A stretch of DNA of 63,503 nucleotides, the filler included, from Patellaria atrata CBS 101060 (lineage: Eukaryota), in NCBI GenBank assembly GCA_010093705.1. It is 5 parts of 4 records of this genome, joined end to end, with 100 filler letters (N's around TTAATTAATTAA, not from the genome) between each part and the next. Parts side by side here need not be neighbours in the genome. Positions count along the whole stretch, not along the records: positions 1 to 18,554 come from MU006126.1; 4 more parts are not named here. The stretch is one strand, 5' to 3'. Positions 1 to 12,385 of this stretch are shown piece after piece. The translations under genes were made by a program, and so were the position numbers. The notes beneath the pieces were generated by a model, which searched no databases, was not told where the DNA came from, and saw only the letters and a list, made by a program, of their open reading frames with translations. Position 1 is the first letter of the stretch, and every line of letters begins with the position of its first letter.

Positions 1-65
1 AAGATCGGTTCTATGATCCAGCAGAGCTGGATTTCGGTCATTTACTGCGTGAGAGAGCTGATGAG

Positions 66-2393
66 GTGATCGTTATGCTTGAAGTTCCCCCTATGATCAC
101 TGCAATTGAAGAAGTTGACGAACCTGTACTCCTTGAAGATATCGTGGACGCTGAGGCGACTCAAGTTTGCAATTTGAAGCAGACGACGCAAACAGCAGTT
201 GGCAAGGCCAAAGATGGAAGGGTGGACCAGTCCGGGACATTTCCTACCCCCCCTCCAGACACACCTCCAACATCGGACTCACCGTCAAATTCGCATGTTT
301 TAACACCAACTTCAACACCTCCACTCTCAGCACAACCACAGCAACCAGATAGAACAGCTGGAAATGCTGAGGAAGCGCAAGAAACGAGTCTCAGTGGCCC
401 TACGGATTCAGCTGATGCTATGGAAGACCCCGAGGCCGCGCCGCCAAGCTTATCACTCTCCGACCATCCACGACAGAGGCAATCGTCGTCTTCTCTAAGG
501 ACAGATGAAGAAGGAGAGGTAATAGAGGTAGAGAGGGGCCAAGATAAACCCACACAGGAAGAGCTAGTGGAGCAGCAGATCCAAAGCGAGCTTCATACCA
601 GCCAGAAGAAGGGTTCAGGGGTAAATACCCGTCGGAATCGGGCCCCACGGGCAACAGAGATTTCCTCTAAGATGGCCGAAACGAACATCCTCCCAGAGGG
701 CTCAAAACGGGCCCGAAAACAACGCAAATATGACGATCCAGCTGTATTCTATGCTCAGCATATAGCCAAACAGCTGTCAGACCTGAAGCCGACTCATCAA
801 GACGATCTGCCACCTCCCCCAAAATACTACAAGGACGTTTTGAACCACCCCTACAGGGCTCAGTTCCTCGCCGCTATGGAGCTGGAGATGTCAGCGCTTC
901 AGAGCCGTGGCACGTACGAGCCAGTCAGCTCGACGAGTATCGGTAGTACTAAGCAGATACTTCCACTTATTTGGGTGTTTACGTACAAAACCAACGCGGA
1001 GGGATTTCTGACAAAGACAAAGGCAAGACTTTGTGTTAGAGGCGATTTACACGAGACAGAACTCGACACGTACGCAGCTACTCTCGCTGCCCGTACAATC
1101 AGGGCCATACTGTCTATAGCAGCCGCTTTTGATCTCGAAGCCGTACAGCTAGACGCTGTCAATGCCTTTGTCAACAGTGATCTTGACGAAGAAGTCTACT
1201 GCAGGTATCCAGACGGATTCCATAAGCAGGGGCTCGTCATGAAGCTTCACAAAGCGTTGTACGGGCTGAAGAGATCACCTCGGCTCTGGTATCAGTTGTT
1301 TTCAACGGCTCTGGAAGAGCTGGGAATGATGCCAATTCCTGGTGTCAATTGCTTGTTTACTGATGGCACAATAGTAGTGTTTTTCTACGTGGACGACATA
1401 GTGCTATTAGCACGCTCTCAGTTTGCAACGAAGCTTCATGAGTTCAAAGATAAGGTGATGAGAAAGTTTCCGATGCGGGATCTTGGAGATCTCCAGTATT
1501 TTTTAGGCATACGTATAATACGCGACAGGCCAAATTTGAAAATATGGTTATGTCAAGACGCCTATATCGACAAGATTGTTAACAGATTTGAGCTTCACAA
1601 CTGTCGTATGAGACATACACCCCTTCCCACGGAAGAGCTCGTTCAGAACGTGTCAGACGAGGCACCACCAAGCCGTATATCGGCATACAACACTCGGGTC
1701 GGCTCTATTGGCTGGTTGAGCAGCATAACCAGACCAGACATCGCCAAAGCCCACAGCAAGCTGTCGGAATTCCTCAAGAATCCGTCAAGCAAGCATCTCG
1801 AAGCTGCAAATCAAGTGCTGGCTTATCTGAAGCATCACAAGCATCTGGCAATTCAGTATGACGGAATGTCGACTGGAAGGGTGTTTGCAAGCTCCTCTGA
1901 TGCCTCATTTGCAGATAACCCTGACCGACGAAGCTCTCAAGGGTTCCTCTTCTCATTATTCGGTGGACCAATTGACTGGCAGGCTTCAAAGCAGAAGACA
2001 GTCACCACCTCAAGCACTGAAGCCGAGCTACTAGCTCTGAGCTTCGCTACCAGAGAGATGGTAGCTTGGAATCGGTTCTTTGAATCGGTTGGGTTTGACC
2101 CAGAGCACCGAAGCTCGATATGGTGCGACAATCAACAGACGATACGGCTTCTCAAAGCACCTGAGCCTCAGTTAACGACAAAACTCAGACACGTGGACAT
2201 TCACCACCTCTGGCTGAGGCAAGAGGTTCAGTACGACCGGATAGACGTAGAATGGAAGAATACAACGGAGATGCCAGCAGACGGGCTTACCAAAGTGCTG
2301 CCACGTCAGAAGCATGAGACCTTTGTGGACTTGCTAAATCTCGTCGATATACAACACCGTATATATACAGCGGACTTTGCAGCTACTGAATAG
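66..2393 (+). CDS. Copia pol polyprotein, C-terminal part (RT + RNase H); 5' part lies outside the window
   Basis: Open frame of 775 aa with YVDD and Copia RNase H motifs. Confidence 0.93.
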   Translation: MIVMLEVPPMITAIEEVDEPVLLEDIVDAEATQVCNLKQTTQTAVGKAKDGRVDQSGTFPTPPPDTPPTSDSPSNSHVLTPTSTPPLSAQPQQPDRTAGNAEEAQETSLSGPTDSADAMEDPEAAPPSLSLSDHPRQRQSSSSLRTDEEGEVIEVERGQDKPTQEELVEQQIQSELHTSQKKGSGVNTRRNRAPRATEISSKMAETNILPEGSKRARKQRKYDDPAVFYAQHIAKQLSDLKPTHQDDLPPPPKYYKDVLNHPYRAQFLAAMELEMSALQSRGTYEPVSSTSIGSTKQILPLIWVFTYKTNAEGFLTKTKARLCVRGDLHETELDTYAATLAARTIRAILSIAAAFDLEAVQLDAVNAFVNSDLDEEVYCRYPDGFHKQGLVMKLHKALYGLKRSPRLWYQLFSTALEELGMMPIPGVNCLFTDGTIVVFFYVDDIVLLARSQFATKLHEFKDKVMRKFPMRDLGDLQYFLGIRIIRDRPNLKIWLCQDAYIDKIVNRFELHNCRMRHTPLPTEELVQNVSDEAPPSRISAYNTRVGSIGWLSSITRPDIAKAHSKLSEFLKNPSSKHLEAANQVLAYLKHHKHLAIQYDGMSTGRVFASSSDASFADNPDRRSSQGFLFSLFGGPIDWQASKQKTVTTSSTEAELLALSFATREMVAWNRFFESVGFDPEHRSSIWCDNQQTIRLLKAPEPQLTTKLRHVDIHHLWLRQEVQYDRIDVEWKNTTEMPADGLTKVLPRQKHETFVDLLNLVDIQHRIYTADFAATE

Positions 2394-2426
2394 CCTCAAA
2401 CTCGCTCTTCAGCAGCTGGAAGGGTG

Positions 2427-2716
2427 TGTTAGATGGTGGAGCTATCGGGGTGTTGATTCTTGTGGTAACCAGGGGTAGTGAGCTAGTCGCTTATACCACC
2501 ACAATTACGGTATCGTCGTAANNNNNNNNNNNNNNNNNNNNNNNNNNNNNNNNNNNNNNNNNNNNNNNNNNNNNNNNNNNNNNNNNNNNNNNNNNNNNNN
2601 NNNNNNNNNNNNNNNNNNNNNAGTACACACCTGCAGTATATAACAGCTAGATAGAACCTCTCTTTTGAGAATCAAGCGACATATTCCATGCACCTGCAGA
2701 TCCAGTTTATCTAACA
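2427..2716 (+). repeat. 3' LTR (family A), contains an internal N gap
   Basis: Starts TGTTAGAT directly after the PPT and ends ATCTAACA (inverted termini). A related copy lies on the minus strand at 37622-37916. Confidence 0.9.
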
Positions 2717-3196
2717 CCTCTCTTGTTGCCGTGATTTCCCCGAGTGGCCCTTCTCTCTCCCACTCGTTGTCTGCACATCCTCATGGTCCGTGGCTGTAAC
2801 AGTATCCTGACTTGTGAACGTTGAACTACTATAAACTAAGATAATAGGATCTCCATTTTCGTCGGATTTTGAAGCGCGCTGCTTCCGGGAGCTCTATGGC
2901 GCTATGAAGGTTTAAGACATGGCTAAAAAAAGGCTTTCAAAATTGTTAATTTTAATAATAGTTATTTTCTAGATACCGGAATTCTATCTTTATACTAGTA
3001 TTTAATGGGCAATATCCTTTTCAGCTGAGAGGTATTATTTTATGCCAGCAAATTTATTTCCCTTCTAATTCTACAGAAGATGAACTTTCCTCAATGGGCA
3101 TAAAGGAGTAATATCCTATCCAACTTCTCACCATCACACTCTTTCCATGTCTCTCAAGTCAATTAAACCTTATCTATCAATAATAGTAATGGTGGC

Positions 3197-3613
3197 TTGG
3201 ATTTTATTACGAGCTGGCACGAGATACGCCAGGTTAAGCTCTTCCGAGACGCACACCTTATTGCCGACGTTCAGCTCCCTTTACTAGTCTTTGGGAGGGC
3301 TAGAATTCGAACATATTGCGCGGAGCTTTCACACGACTTAGAAATAAGGTCACTAAGAGTTAGAGACAGATCATTTATGTATAATAGTATACCATATATC
3401 TGGGATATACGCATAGGTTTTAGGTTTCGCACCTATCGGTTATTTAAGTGCGTCTAGGGAGGATTGACCGAGGTTGGACAATTTCAGCATCAGATACGGT
3501 AGGAAGTACAAGGGACTCTTATTCTTAATATAGATGAAGTAGATATCACGATGGGGATTATCACTTTAATCGCAGTACTCGGAGATATTACTGGGCAATC
3601 TCGAGTTATGTAG
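3197..3613 (+). pseudogene. RIP-damaged small hypothetical gene
   Basis: The frame reads on through TAG stops: ...RLFKCV*GGLTEVGQFQHQIR*EVQGTLILNIDEVDITMGIITLIAVL. Stops are consistent with C>T or G>A transitions. Family not recognised. Confidence 0.4.
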
Positions 3614-4171
3614 TTGTCTAAAGCGGGGGCCGATACGACTATATTACGTACTTATATATAGATGAAGCACAGTCCATTCCCCTAGTCCCATGTTCTTTGT
3701 AAAGAGAGTGCATGGCTTTGGTGTGAGCAGGCTTGAATATCTGATAGTGTGTAGTTGTGATACTGAAGCGACAAGAAGCGTTCACTGCCCGCCATAATAT
3801 TATGGGAAAAATTGAGCTTGAAGACTACGAAAAATAGAATAGTGATGGTATACCTAACTGTAACGAAACTAAGGTAAGGAAAATTTTATACTGAAGGGAA
3901 CTGAGGGATATATTTCAATAAGTTCCGTCCCAAGTCCACGAACTATCATAGGTATATCCTTCCGCATTACATCCTCCACTAGAGGATGACCCGCTTCGAT
4001 GTTCATTGCTTAGAATTATCTCTGGGCCGAGCAAGCCTGTAAGGGATATTAGGTGGTAATAATAACTGCTGAACCTTGGACAACATACCTTAGGGCGTCT
4101 GAGGTAGTTGCGATGATCGTGTATTATTATGAGACACGCCAACGTGTGACTTATTAACGATATCGTTGATA

Positions 4172-4625
4172 CTAATACCACCCGACGAGTGCTTCATCCA
4201 TGTTTCTATTTCTAGTAAGTAGAAGTACATGTAAGGAGGGGAGGTTACTACCATAGGTGGGCATTTCGGTTGTTGGGAGAGGAGTAGAAGCTGTCGAACT
4301 AGCTCCAGACGATACCTCCTTATCTGCATGCTGTGATCTCGGATTGCCGCTGACATGCAGAAGCGTCTCTGCAGCGATGACCCTCTTCAAAGTTGTGTCC
4401 AGAGCTTCAGTGACTGTGGTATTTGCTATAAGACTTTGCTAGTGCAAACGTAGACGATCGACTAGTGACTGGAAGGTAGCATCTACTTTTAACTCTATAG
4501 CGCGGGCTATTTTTAACGTCTTTGCTTGGTCTTGTCGTAGGTGCTCGATCTCCAATCGATCTTCCTTGATCTGGTTCTCAAGTCCACGAGCGTATAAGAT
4601 AATTTTGCAACGCTCACAACATTCC
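4172..4625 (-). pseudogene. RIP-damaged coiled-coil-like hypothetical gene
   Basis: The frame ECCERCKIILYARGLENQIKEDRLEIEHLRQDQAKTLKIARAIELKV...RLH*QSL... joins the 4172-4390 ORF across one TAG. Confidence 0.3.
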
Positions 4626-5594
4626 TAAAGTTGTTAGGAATTATTCTAACATTAGGTCTGGCACTGACTGGAACGTCGGAGCGGTTGTCAATAGCATGCT
4701 CCTCCATTATTATTCTAATTCCTAGCTTTAGGTCGGAGCTGGTTCTATAAGGCACTAAGGTGAGAGTAGGATAATTAGTGAAGATATAAGGAATCTTGTT
4801 ATTTGCTCAGGGGTAACTCGTAATACCCGGTTAAGCGTACTTTATATCAGAACTGTAGGTTTCATTTGTCGGGATACTGAAAACGACAAAACGTTTTCTT
4901 TTCAAACGAACGGCTGCAACGCCACTTGATCGCAGTGTGATAGTTCTACCTAGCTTAAGGGGAAGCCTACCGATAAGAGCCATTCCAAGGATATCATGAT
5001 TGTCAATACCTATAGAGAAAGATGTGCTCTAAATAAGGAGTAAAGCGCGCGTCTCCTAGGTAGCACTAGAAATTACGATGATCACTTTACGCTTATGGTA
5101 AAGCAGATCCCGACTATTGAATTGCGGCGTGCCGGTCCCCTTCGAGTAAGAGCTAATGTAGGGCAAGCCTATAGTATATAAGTATATAGTCTGCGCGTAG
5201 CCGGACTTGCCGAGTCGAAATGTCTGCCGTGAACGTTAGTTTGATGGAAGATAGACTGTCAATGGTGCCAGATGGATCCCGTGATTGATAATATATGTAG
5301 CCCTAACGCGGGGTCAACCAACCAGCGTCTCTAGGGTATAGTCTATCGCTTATCAGCGCCTGATTTTGCTAGGCAACCCTAGGCCAGAGCATCTTAGCCC
5401 TGTTTCTCCAAAGGTCTATGATTTTAGGCTTAACTAAAAATTCACGGGACTTATCGTCCATCGTCGATCCAAGATTCGCATGTTTATACAGCTTAAAAGT
5501 TTGCTCTATCTTATTATCGCACTTTTTTGATACATTGTTTTTAAGGAGTAAAATATAAGGTCCGTAATTCAAAAGTCTATGATAGCGCTATCAT

Positions 5595-7303
5595 GTGAGC
5601 GAATGCTTGCTCCATATGGTTTCATCTGGCTAGAACATGGAATTGTGAAGTTTAATATCTCTCCTCTACGCGTATACGGCTTTGCTAATGGACTTCTCGA
5701 ATGATGGTGTTCCGTATACTAGATTCTGTTAGCTGTATCGATACCATTGTTCGGGCTTTTGATTACCAGAAATCGCCATATTCCCGGCTTCAGCCATCCA
5801 CTCTCGATCGATAAGCCAGGAAATATTCAGCTTCTCATGGACTTTGTAAAACCGAGCGGAGATTTGGGAGAATTGCTGTGACTCGTTCCCCTTATCCACT
5901 TTACTAGAGCCTGAAGTCAGCTTTATCTCTACTGGTATATAGATGAGAATTGTTAGGATTTATCGTGTATCAAGTCTCATTAACTGGGTAAAGTACTCTA
6001 GAGCCCAGATTTCTTGCCCTAGAAATATGAGTTAGGGTAGATGATATCAAAATTTGAGATTATACCATGCGTATGCAAAAGCCAGACAAGTGAGAGCCGC
6101 CTCAGTCTTGCTGACTGGTCGTTATGCGCTTCCAGCAGATTTCTGATCGCAAGCAATTGCGATGCTAGGCTAAGTTCATTATAAAGGAAAAGAACTTTAT
6201 CGAATCTGTGAAGCTTATGTTCGGCACCATAAGGGCCTCTAATGATGATTGATTGTTCTGGTCTTATGTGACGGAGCATACTGGTAAACCCCTTCCGTTC
6301 CTCAATTATAATGTGTATCAGAGAAGCACCCGACCTAGGGCATTGATCTTCCCAGGCGATATAGTAAGGATGGCTTTGCAGAAAGAGCAATCTATGTTTA
6401 GCAAGACCTGGAATAGTAACGTAAATATACTGTCCAGGTTTCACTTCCCACTTTCTTTTGAGGCTGCAAGTAAGTCTAAAGACTGAAGGACCTAGTCCAG
6501 CAGAGGAGACTTGTTCAGCGACCATATCCGACCTAGATCTAGTGCCGGTGTTTCGATAGATTTGCAGGCTAGCCTATAGAACGTATTGAGTACTCTATAA
6601 CGTAGATGCTATACTGAGATAGATAAGAGGTAACCGGTGGTTGACGTTTATATGATACCATAAACTCACTAAAAGCGTAAGGACGGAGACAAAATGAATT
6701 TTTTGAAAGAGCTTAAAGACGTATCTCCGGAGTGGTAATAAAGTGAAGATTCCGATAGTAGCCATGCAAATGCCTACCTTGACAAAGTCAGTTAATGCTC
6801 AGAAATGAACACATCACACCTACTACGATGTTACGCCAGAGGAAGAAGGCTTTTAGTAACAATCTCATTTATATCCCCGCATGTAATATACCTTACATAA
6901 CGCATACCCTGCCGATCCATCTATGCATCAGCTCATAGGTAGGTAGGTCTATGGTGAACACTCTGTCGCAAATGATGTTGGTTCGTCCACCTAGAAAAGG
7001 TACTATAAGGTTGATAGCAGAAAGAGTCGCTGAGCGTTATATAAGCTCTTGCATAGTGGTGATACCTAGAACGGAAAAGAGGATATTGATGATAATATAG
7101 GAGATCAACAGGAATAATCTTGATACCGTCCATGAAGAACTTCCGTTGATACGTTTAATGACTTGTGTATAATATATCCATTTTCTTAAAAGGAGTAACG
7201 TCTGGAATTTGGTAGAGGAGCTGAGGAGGAGTGAAATGCGCCAGGTAGTAAGTAGCCCAAAAACTGAGCTTAAACAAATGATATAGATTATCTCGAGCTT
7301 CAT
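5595..7303 (-). pseudogene. Ferric reductase / NADPH-oxidase-like (FRE) gene, Starship-type, RIP-inactivated; 3' end approximate
   Basis: Transmembrane region with HRWIGRVCVM*GILH heme motif, FAD-binding PGQYIY...QSHPY, NAD-binding RGPYG. GT-AG introns. Several in-frame TAA stops that fit CAA>TAA (e.g. 7037). Confidence 0.85.
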
Positions 7304-7744
7304 GTCGACTTGCTTATTACTAGGAAAACCATCATCCATTGATAAGATGACCATGGTTTTAAAGGTGATGAGTTTTCCGATTCTAGATTCAACATACGTA
7401 ACTTACTTAAACGTCTAACCGCGCGCTAGACGTATCTATTAATACTGATATCGAACTAGTACTGCGATAGCTTAATCCTTCGCGCTAGGAGATGACCAAG
7501 GTCTAGATGGAATTTCAGGCCGATAATACGGCACGACTTCCGCGCTTACGGCGTAGGTCTTCCTTCTAGAATTAGATTCCTGATTTATAAAAGCCGTTTC
7601 ATGAACCGCGAGAGTCGTCCAACCTGTGGTATCAATCAGAGCTTATCGATTGCTTGAGCAAGCGTTACGTCAATCGCATACCTTCTACAGCCCATTCTGC
7701 AGCCCATTCTACAGCCCTACCTCATAGTTATAGAGCCTCCAATA

Positions 7745-8498
7745 ATGAGTACTTCTAACCGAAAGCAATGTGATGGGCGCAGAGAAGGGATACATAAAAA
7801 GCTGACGCAGTTGCAACAGCTGCACCCTCCTGAGGCTGAATTCAAAGCAATATTGATTCTATATGCTGCTAGTGTTTATCACATCTTCCGCTCCGCGGAA
7901 TTCGATAATTGGCCCCCTTCCATGAGTGAGCTTGTATGTCTCATCAGAGACTGCATTTACTGAAATTTTTCTAACACTTGTATAGAAAAATGAACCCAAC
8001 AAAATCGAAAAGACATCAGAAGACTATATGACCGTTAGAGAACGCAATCAGCTCGAAAGTGGCAACCCTATATGTGTTAAACGGCCGCTCGACGCCCTAG
8101 GGGAGGTGAACTCCTCAGTGAGATATCAAGATAGTAATCTGGATGAGGACATCAATTTGCATGCAGATACATTGGAATACGAGCTCTCACAATTACTCGA
8201 ACTAGAAACCGTTGATGATTCAGCCGAAGGCCGTCTCGGTAGTAGCGGTTTGCACTATAGCAATAAATCACTCGATTCTCCTATCTTCTCTCAACCAACC
8301 AAGGCTCCTTTGACATCAGCCAACAAACCACATAGTCCACCATCTGTAAAGCGCGCCAGAACCAATCCGTGGACCCGGACTCCGAGTCAAAGTCCGAATA
8401 GGTCCCAGTCGTCCTCTAGGACCCCATCAACCTTACCAACCTCTCAGAAAAGGTCTTTGTCCCATCGAGCCTGGGAGGGGGTTGCAAGGGACTCATAG
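7745..8498 (+). CDS. Small protein with MADS-box(SRF)-like N-terminus and Ser/Pro-rich tail; intron 7934-7985
   Basis: RREGIHKKLTQLQQL...YHIFRS...WPPS resembles a degenerate MADS box. The intron GTATGT...CTAAC...TAG joins the two ORFs in frame (about 233 aa). Confidence 0.55.
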
Positions 8499-8604
8499 TT
8501 CTTTAGAGTGCGCGTAAGCTTAGCTGGTGTGGTAACCTTGGGGCGGTTCAGAATTAATCATAGTATATGTTTGTTTATATTTGATCTTCTTCTGCGGCTT
8601 ATAG

Positions 8605-11600
8605 TCATATAGTATCATCAAAACGTCTCTTTTTAGTTAGGTCTGCTCTCGAATATCCACAATAAAGATATATTGTCTTACTCCGACCAATATACAGTAT
8701 ATGTTCTGGACCGGATGCAGCCGTGAGTGAGGAGATAGTGGGCGGATCGGTGAGCACTTGGAATCCATAACTGAATACACCGCACTCTTTAATCGCTGCT
8801 TTACATTTGTCGTAACCTTGAATGAAGTTTTCTAACTTCGAAATCGGAAAATAAAGCGGCTTCCTGTCATATGACTCTCCGGTATAGTATATGATATTGA
8901 CGGTGATTGTGTCCTCAAATGGACCGGTTTCATACGTTGGAAAATATTTCTCAAACTCTTCGTAACCTATTGTAGCAGTTCCGTCTTTCCGGCGCATAAG
9001 TTGGCCTTCAAGATTATGCCGTTCTATGGTCAGATCACTCAATTGCTTTTGGAGCGTCTCAGCTTGAATCTGTGTCACGCGCAATTGATCCTTTGTGGTA
9101 ATGAGCTCTCCGTCATTTATTCGCAATTGATCCTTTATGCTGATAAGCTCTGCATCTTTTGCTCGCAATTGATCTTTGATGCGGATAAACTCTACGGCTT
9201 CTGATGCCGATGCACTCAGTTTTTCTTTAAGGTGTCCAAGCTCCTGCTCCAAGTTCCTCTGGACCTCAGAAGCGATTTTCAAATCCTTTTCCTTTTCCTC
9301 TAATATGTCTGAAAGTCCCTTTTGTCGTTGCTGTGATTGCTCCAGTTCAGTTTGCATTACCTTGTTCTCAGCCTCCATACTCTTGATTCGCAAATCGAAA
9401 CTAATATTTTCTCTCTGAAGTTGATCGACGCGGTCTCGGGAATGGTCGGCCTCTGTATCCGATATAAAATCATCAAAGAGATAAGTTTCCGAAGCCACCG
9501 TCGCCGGGTTAATCTGCTCCAGCTCACTTCTTAATTGAGTGTTATCATTATGTAAGGATAGAAGCTCGGTTTCTTTACTTTTTAATTGCTTAGATTCGGT
9601 GTCGAGACGATTTTTCAACTCTATGTTCTTCTCGATCAGTTCCCCATTTTCATTCCGTAATGATTGAAGCTCGCTTGCTATATTTTCTGACTGCAAGGCT
9701 TCGGTTTTGATACGATTTTCCAACTCTATATTCTTCCGGATCAGCGCCCCGTTCTCATCCCGTAAGGATTGAAGCCTGCTTTCTATATCTTCTGATTGCA
9801 AAGCTTCGGTTTGGAAACGACTCTCTAACTCTGTGTTCTTCTCGATCAGCACCGTGTTCTCGTTTCGCAAGGCCTGAAGCTTGCTTCGAGTATCTTGCAA
9901 ATCCACGGTTTCGGTTTCAATACAACTCTCCAATTCCGATTTTTTCCTTACCAGTGCTGTGTTCTGGTTTCGTAAGAATTGAAGCTCGGTCTCTAGATTT
10001 GTCGATTATGTAGATTCCGTTTCTATGCGACTCACCAACTCTGATTTTTGTTGAAGTAGTGCCGCATTTTCCGCTCGTAGATTGTTGGATGCCATCTCGA
10101 GTTCCTATACCTTTATGAGCGCTTCTTGTAGCTGAGCTGCAGCTTTGGAGAGTCGCTCCGGCCAATTGTTATCAACGTTATGTCCTTCCGATATAGGCTC
10201 CGTATTGCGGCTAAAGTTTGACGGTGGATTGAGATCGTTTGAAATCACTAGGTGTTGGGAAATTGACTGGAACAATTAGTACAACTGAGAATCTATACGT
10301 AGTAGTCATACCGTACGGTATTTGGCCCGATTCTGAGAAAAGAGCGAAAGAAATCACATTTAACGAAATGTGAGGTTATATGCTGTCCGTTATTATCAGG
10401 TGACATACATAAATATGGGAGGAACATTGAGTCTAGATCTCGAGTATGGTCCTCCTCAAAGGGACGACCACAACGTCGCTCCAGCGGTAACGGACTACTG
10501 CTCGTAAATACTGGGGTAATACTTTGGCCAATCGGCCTCGATGCTTCGCGAAGGATAGTTGCGATTTTGTCTACACTTTGGATATCGTCACAGCCCGCTT
10601 GGACTTCCTGGAGGCATCGAAGTGCTTATTTACGGAATGGATCCTCTTCCTGCAGTTCTAGGGTTTTAGTGGTCCGAAAACCCAACCGAACGGCCAAGTC
10701 TCCGAGTCTATGCCATAGAACAAGATTCGGATGTTTCGGTGTCGGCTTTTCTCGCCCTTGTTCTTTTCTAGGAAGTGTGGATGTCATAGCTGGGTAATGA
10801 CGCATTGCAAATGCCCACAATTGGCCAAGAGCGTAAAGTTGGTCCTGCGCTCCTGATGCAGAAGATCGCAGATGGCCAAGTCCTTCAGCAAGCTCGATAT
10901 AATTCACAGGTGGTGGGAAGTAGTGCGCAAATAAGCCCTTTCGAATAGATTGCTTCTTCTCACCACCTAGTAGGGTTTTTAATATTGAGCAGCATGGTTC
11001 AAGCCAAGGAAGATTTTTGAAGAAAACGCGTAGACTCGGTACTAAACAAGGAAGGCTACATAGGTTCGTAAGGATTTCCCGCCTCATTCCGGGGTCTGTG
11101 ATGCTAGCGAAGATCTCACCAGAGGTCATCAGCTCTTCGACTCTATGGGCGTCGGACTGAGAGAAGCCTGGAGCAAGAAGCTCTAACTTTGAAACTGTAA
11201 CCATGTCGACTGCTGACTTTGGACCACGGGAGAGGATTCGCTCCCAAACAGCAGATATGTGTTTCAGTCCGTTCAATAACTCCTACAACATGTTAAAAAT
11301 GCATGAAGTGGTGAATATCTCGGGATTACTTTACCTCGTTACACTTTAAGCCAAGGAAACAGTGTAAGTTACCGAGCTTTATGGGCGGCCATTGTCCGGG
11401 CATGTCTAACAGTTTGTCAAACTCCGCTGCGAAGAGTTTATCCTTCAAAAGTTGCTTCAAATCCTTTTGTTTGCCAAGTGTCAGGCGAGCCCGCCAGCGA
11501 TTCTCGGCCTCTTCGTCTTTGTTTCGTCGGTATAACATGATCTTGTACCATTTTTCGCCATCTTTATAGTCTTGCTCGTTGATAGATTGCTCTATAAACT

Positions 11601-12103
11601 GCGTAGCTATGGATTCCGGTAGCCCTAGTGTGAATGAGTATCTCGAACGCAAAGTTGTATTAAGTAATTCTACACTTACCTTCTGCATACAATTTCACAG
11701 TCCACCACTTGTCATTCGCGTCTAAAAAAGCTTCGGCAGCTCGAACCCGGTGGAGTCCATTTAAGCACAACAAGCTTTCGATAGGCAATAGAGGTGGTAA
11801 GTCGGCCGATGCCTATTTGAGCTGCTCGATAGTAAAGCCCGATAATGACAAGGCACGACATAACTGGTCGTCTTTCACAAGGGCGACGATGAAGTTGTCC
11901 TCATCTGTTCGGCGACAACCCTCGAGCTCAAATGTTTTCCTTAGAATTTCTACTTTCTTTACGTCCTCTTGCCTATGATATATATTTACTGGAGTATCGT
12001 TAAATCGCAAGCAAGATAACCTGACACGAGCCAGCCCTCGAAAGTATCCGGTAGTTGTAGCGCTAAATGCACGCTCCGCTTCGGTCCCACAGCCCGGGGT
12101 CAT
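8605..12103 (-). pseudogene. DUF3723-family gene (Starship-associated) fused to a long repeat coiled coil; RIP-inactivated
   Basis: YFRGLARVRLSCLRF...EGCRRTDEDNFIVALV, CLNGLHRVRAA...WWTVKLY, KLELLAPGFS, VPSLRVFFKNL, LWAFAMRHYP, RRCGRP. Introns link the ORF pieces. In-frame stops at 11813, 10626 and two in the coiled coil all fit CAG/CAA>TAG/TAA. Confidence 0.85.
9545..10082 (-). repeat. Tandem 35-aa (105-bp) coiled-coil repeats, about 5 units
   Basis: Units such as LRNENTVLIEKNTELESRFQTEALQSEDIESRLQS and LRDENGALIRKNIELENRIKTEALQSENIASELQS. Confidence 0.8.
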
Positions 12104-12385
12104 GGCTGAGGAGACAACCTTCTGCTTCCTTATCTGAGCGTCGGGCCATGTTGAGAAGCTGCGATGGTGATAAATTAGACTGTGCTATCTTCATTCTCAG
12201 TATTACAGCGGCTAATAGGAGAGCTTTCGAGGAATTGATTTTCGGGGATCGTGTGTTCGTCTTAAAATGCGTGGTAGGCGCGGGCTAGTTCTAAGCGCCA
12301 ACACCTATCATATATTTTAGCAGCGCCTCTAGTGAAATGTAACTTACCAGACTATATCTTGGAATTTTGTCTGAAAGCTTCTACA

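Larger units (their letters stand above)
1..2716 (+). mobile_element. Ty1/Copia LTR retrotransposon, 3' part (integrase-RT linker, RT, RNase H, PPT, 3' LTR)
   Basis: The ORF ending at 2393 has Copia RT motifs (KARLCVRGD, QLDAVNAFVN, LYGLKRSP, FYVDD) and RNase H motifs (SDASFAD, SSTEAE, CDNQ, ADGLTK). It is followed by the purine tract AGCTGGAAGGGTG and an LTR. Confidence 0.95.

Noticed and set aside
4795..4840. Possible pogo/MITE terminal inverted repeat
   Set aside because: I found no matching second end or transposase nearby.
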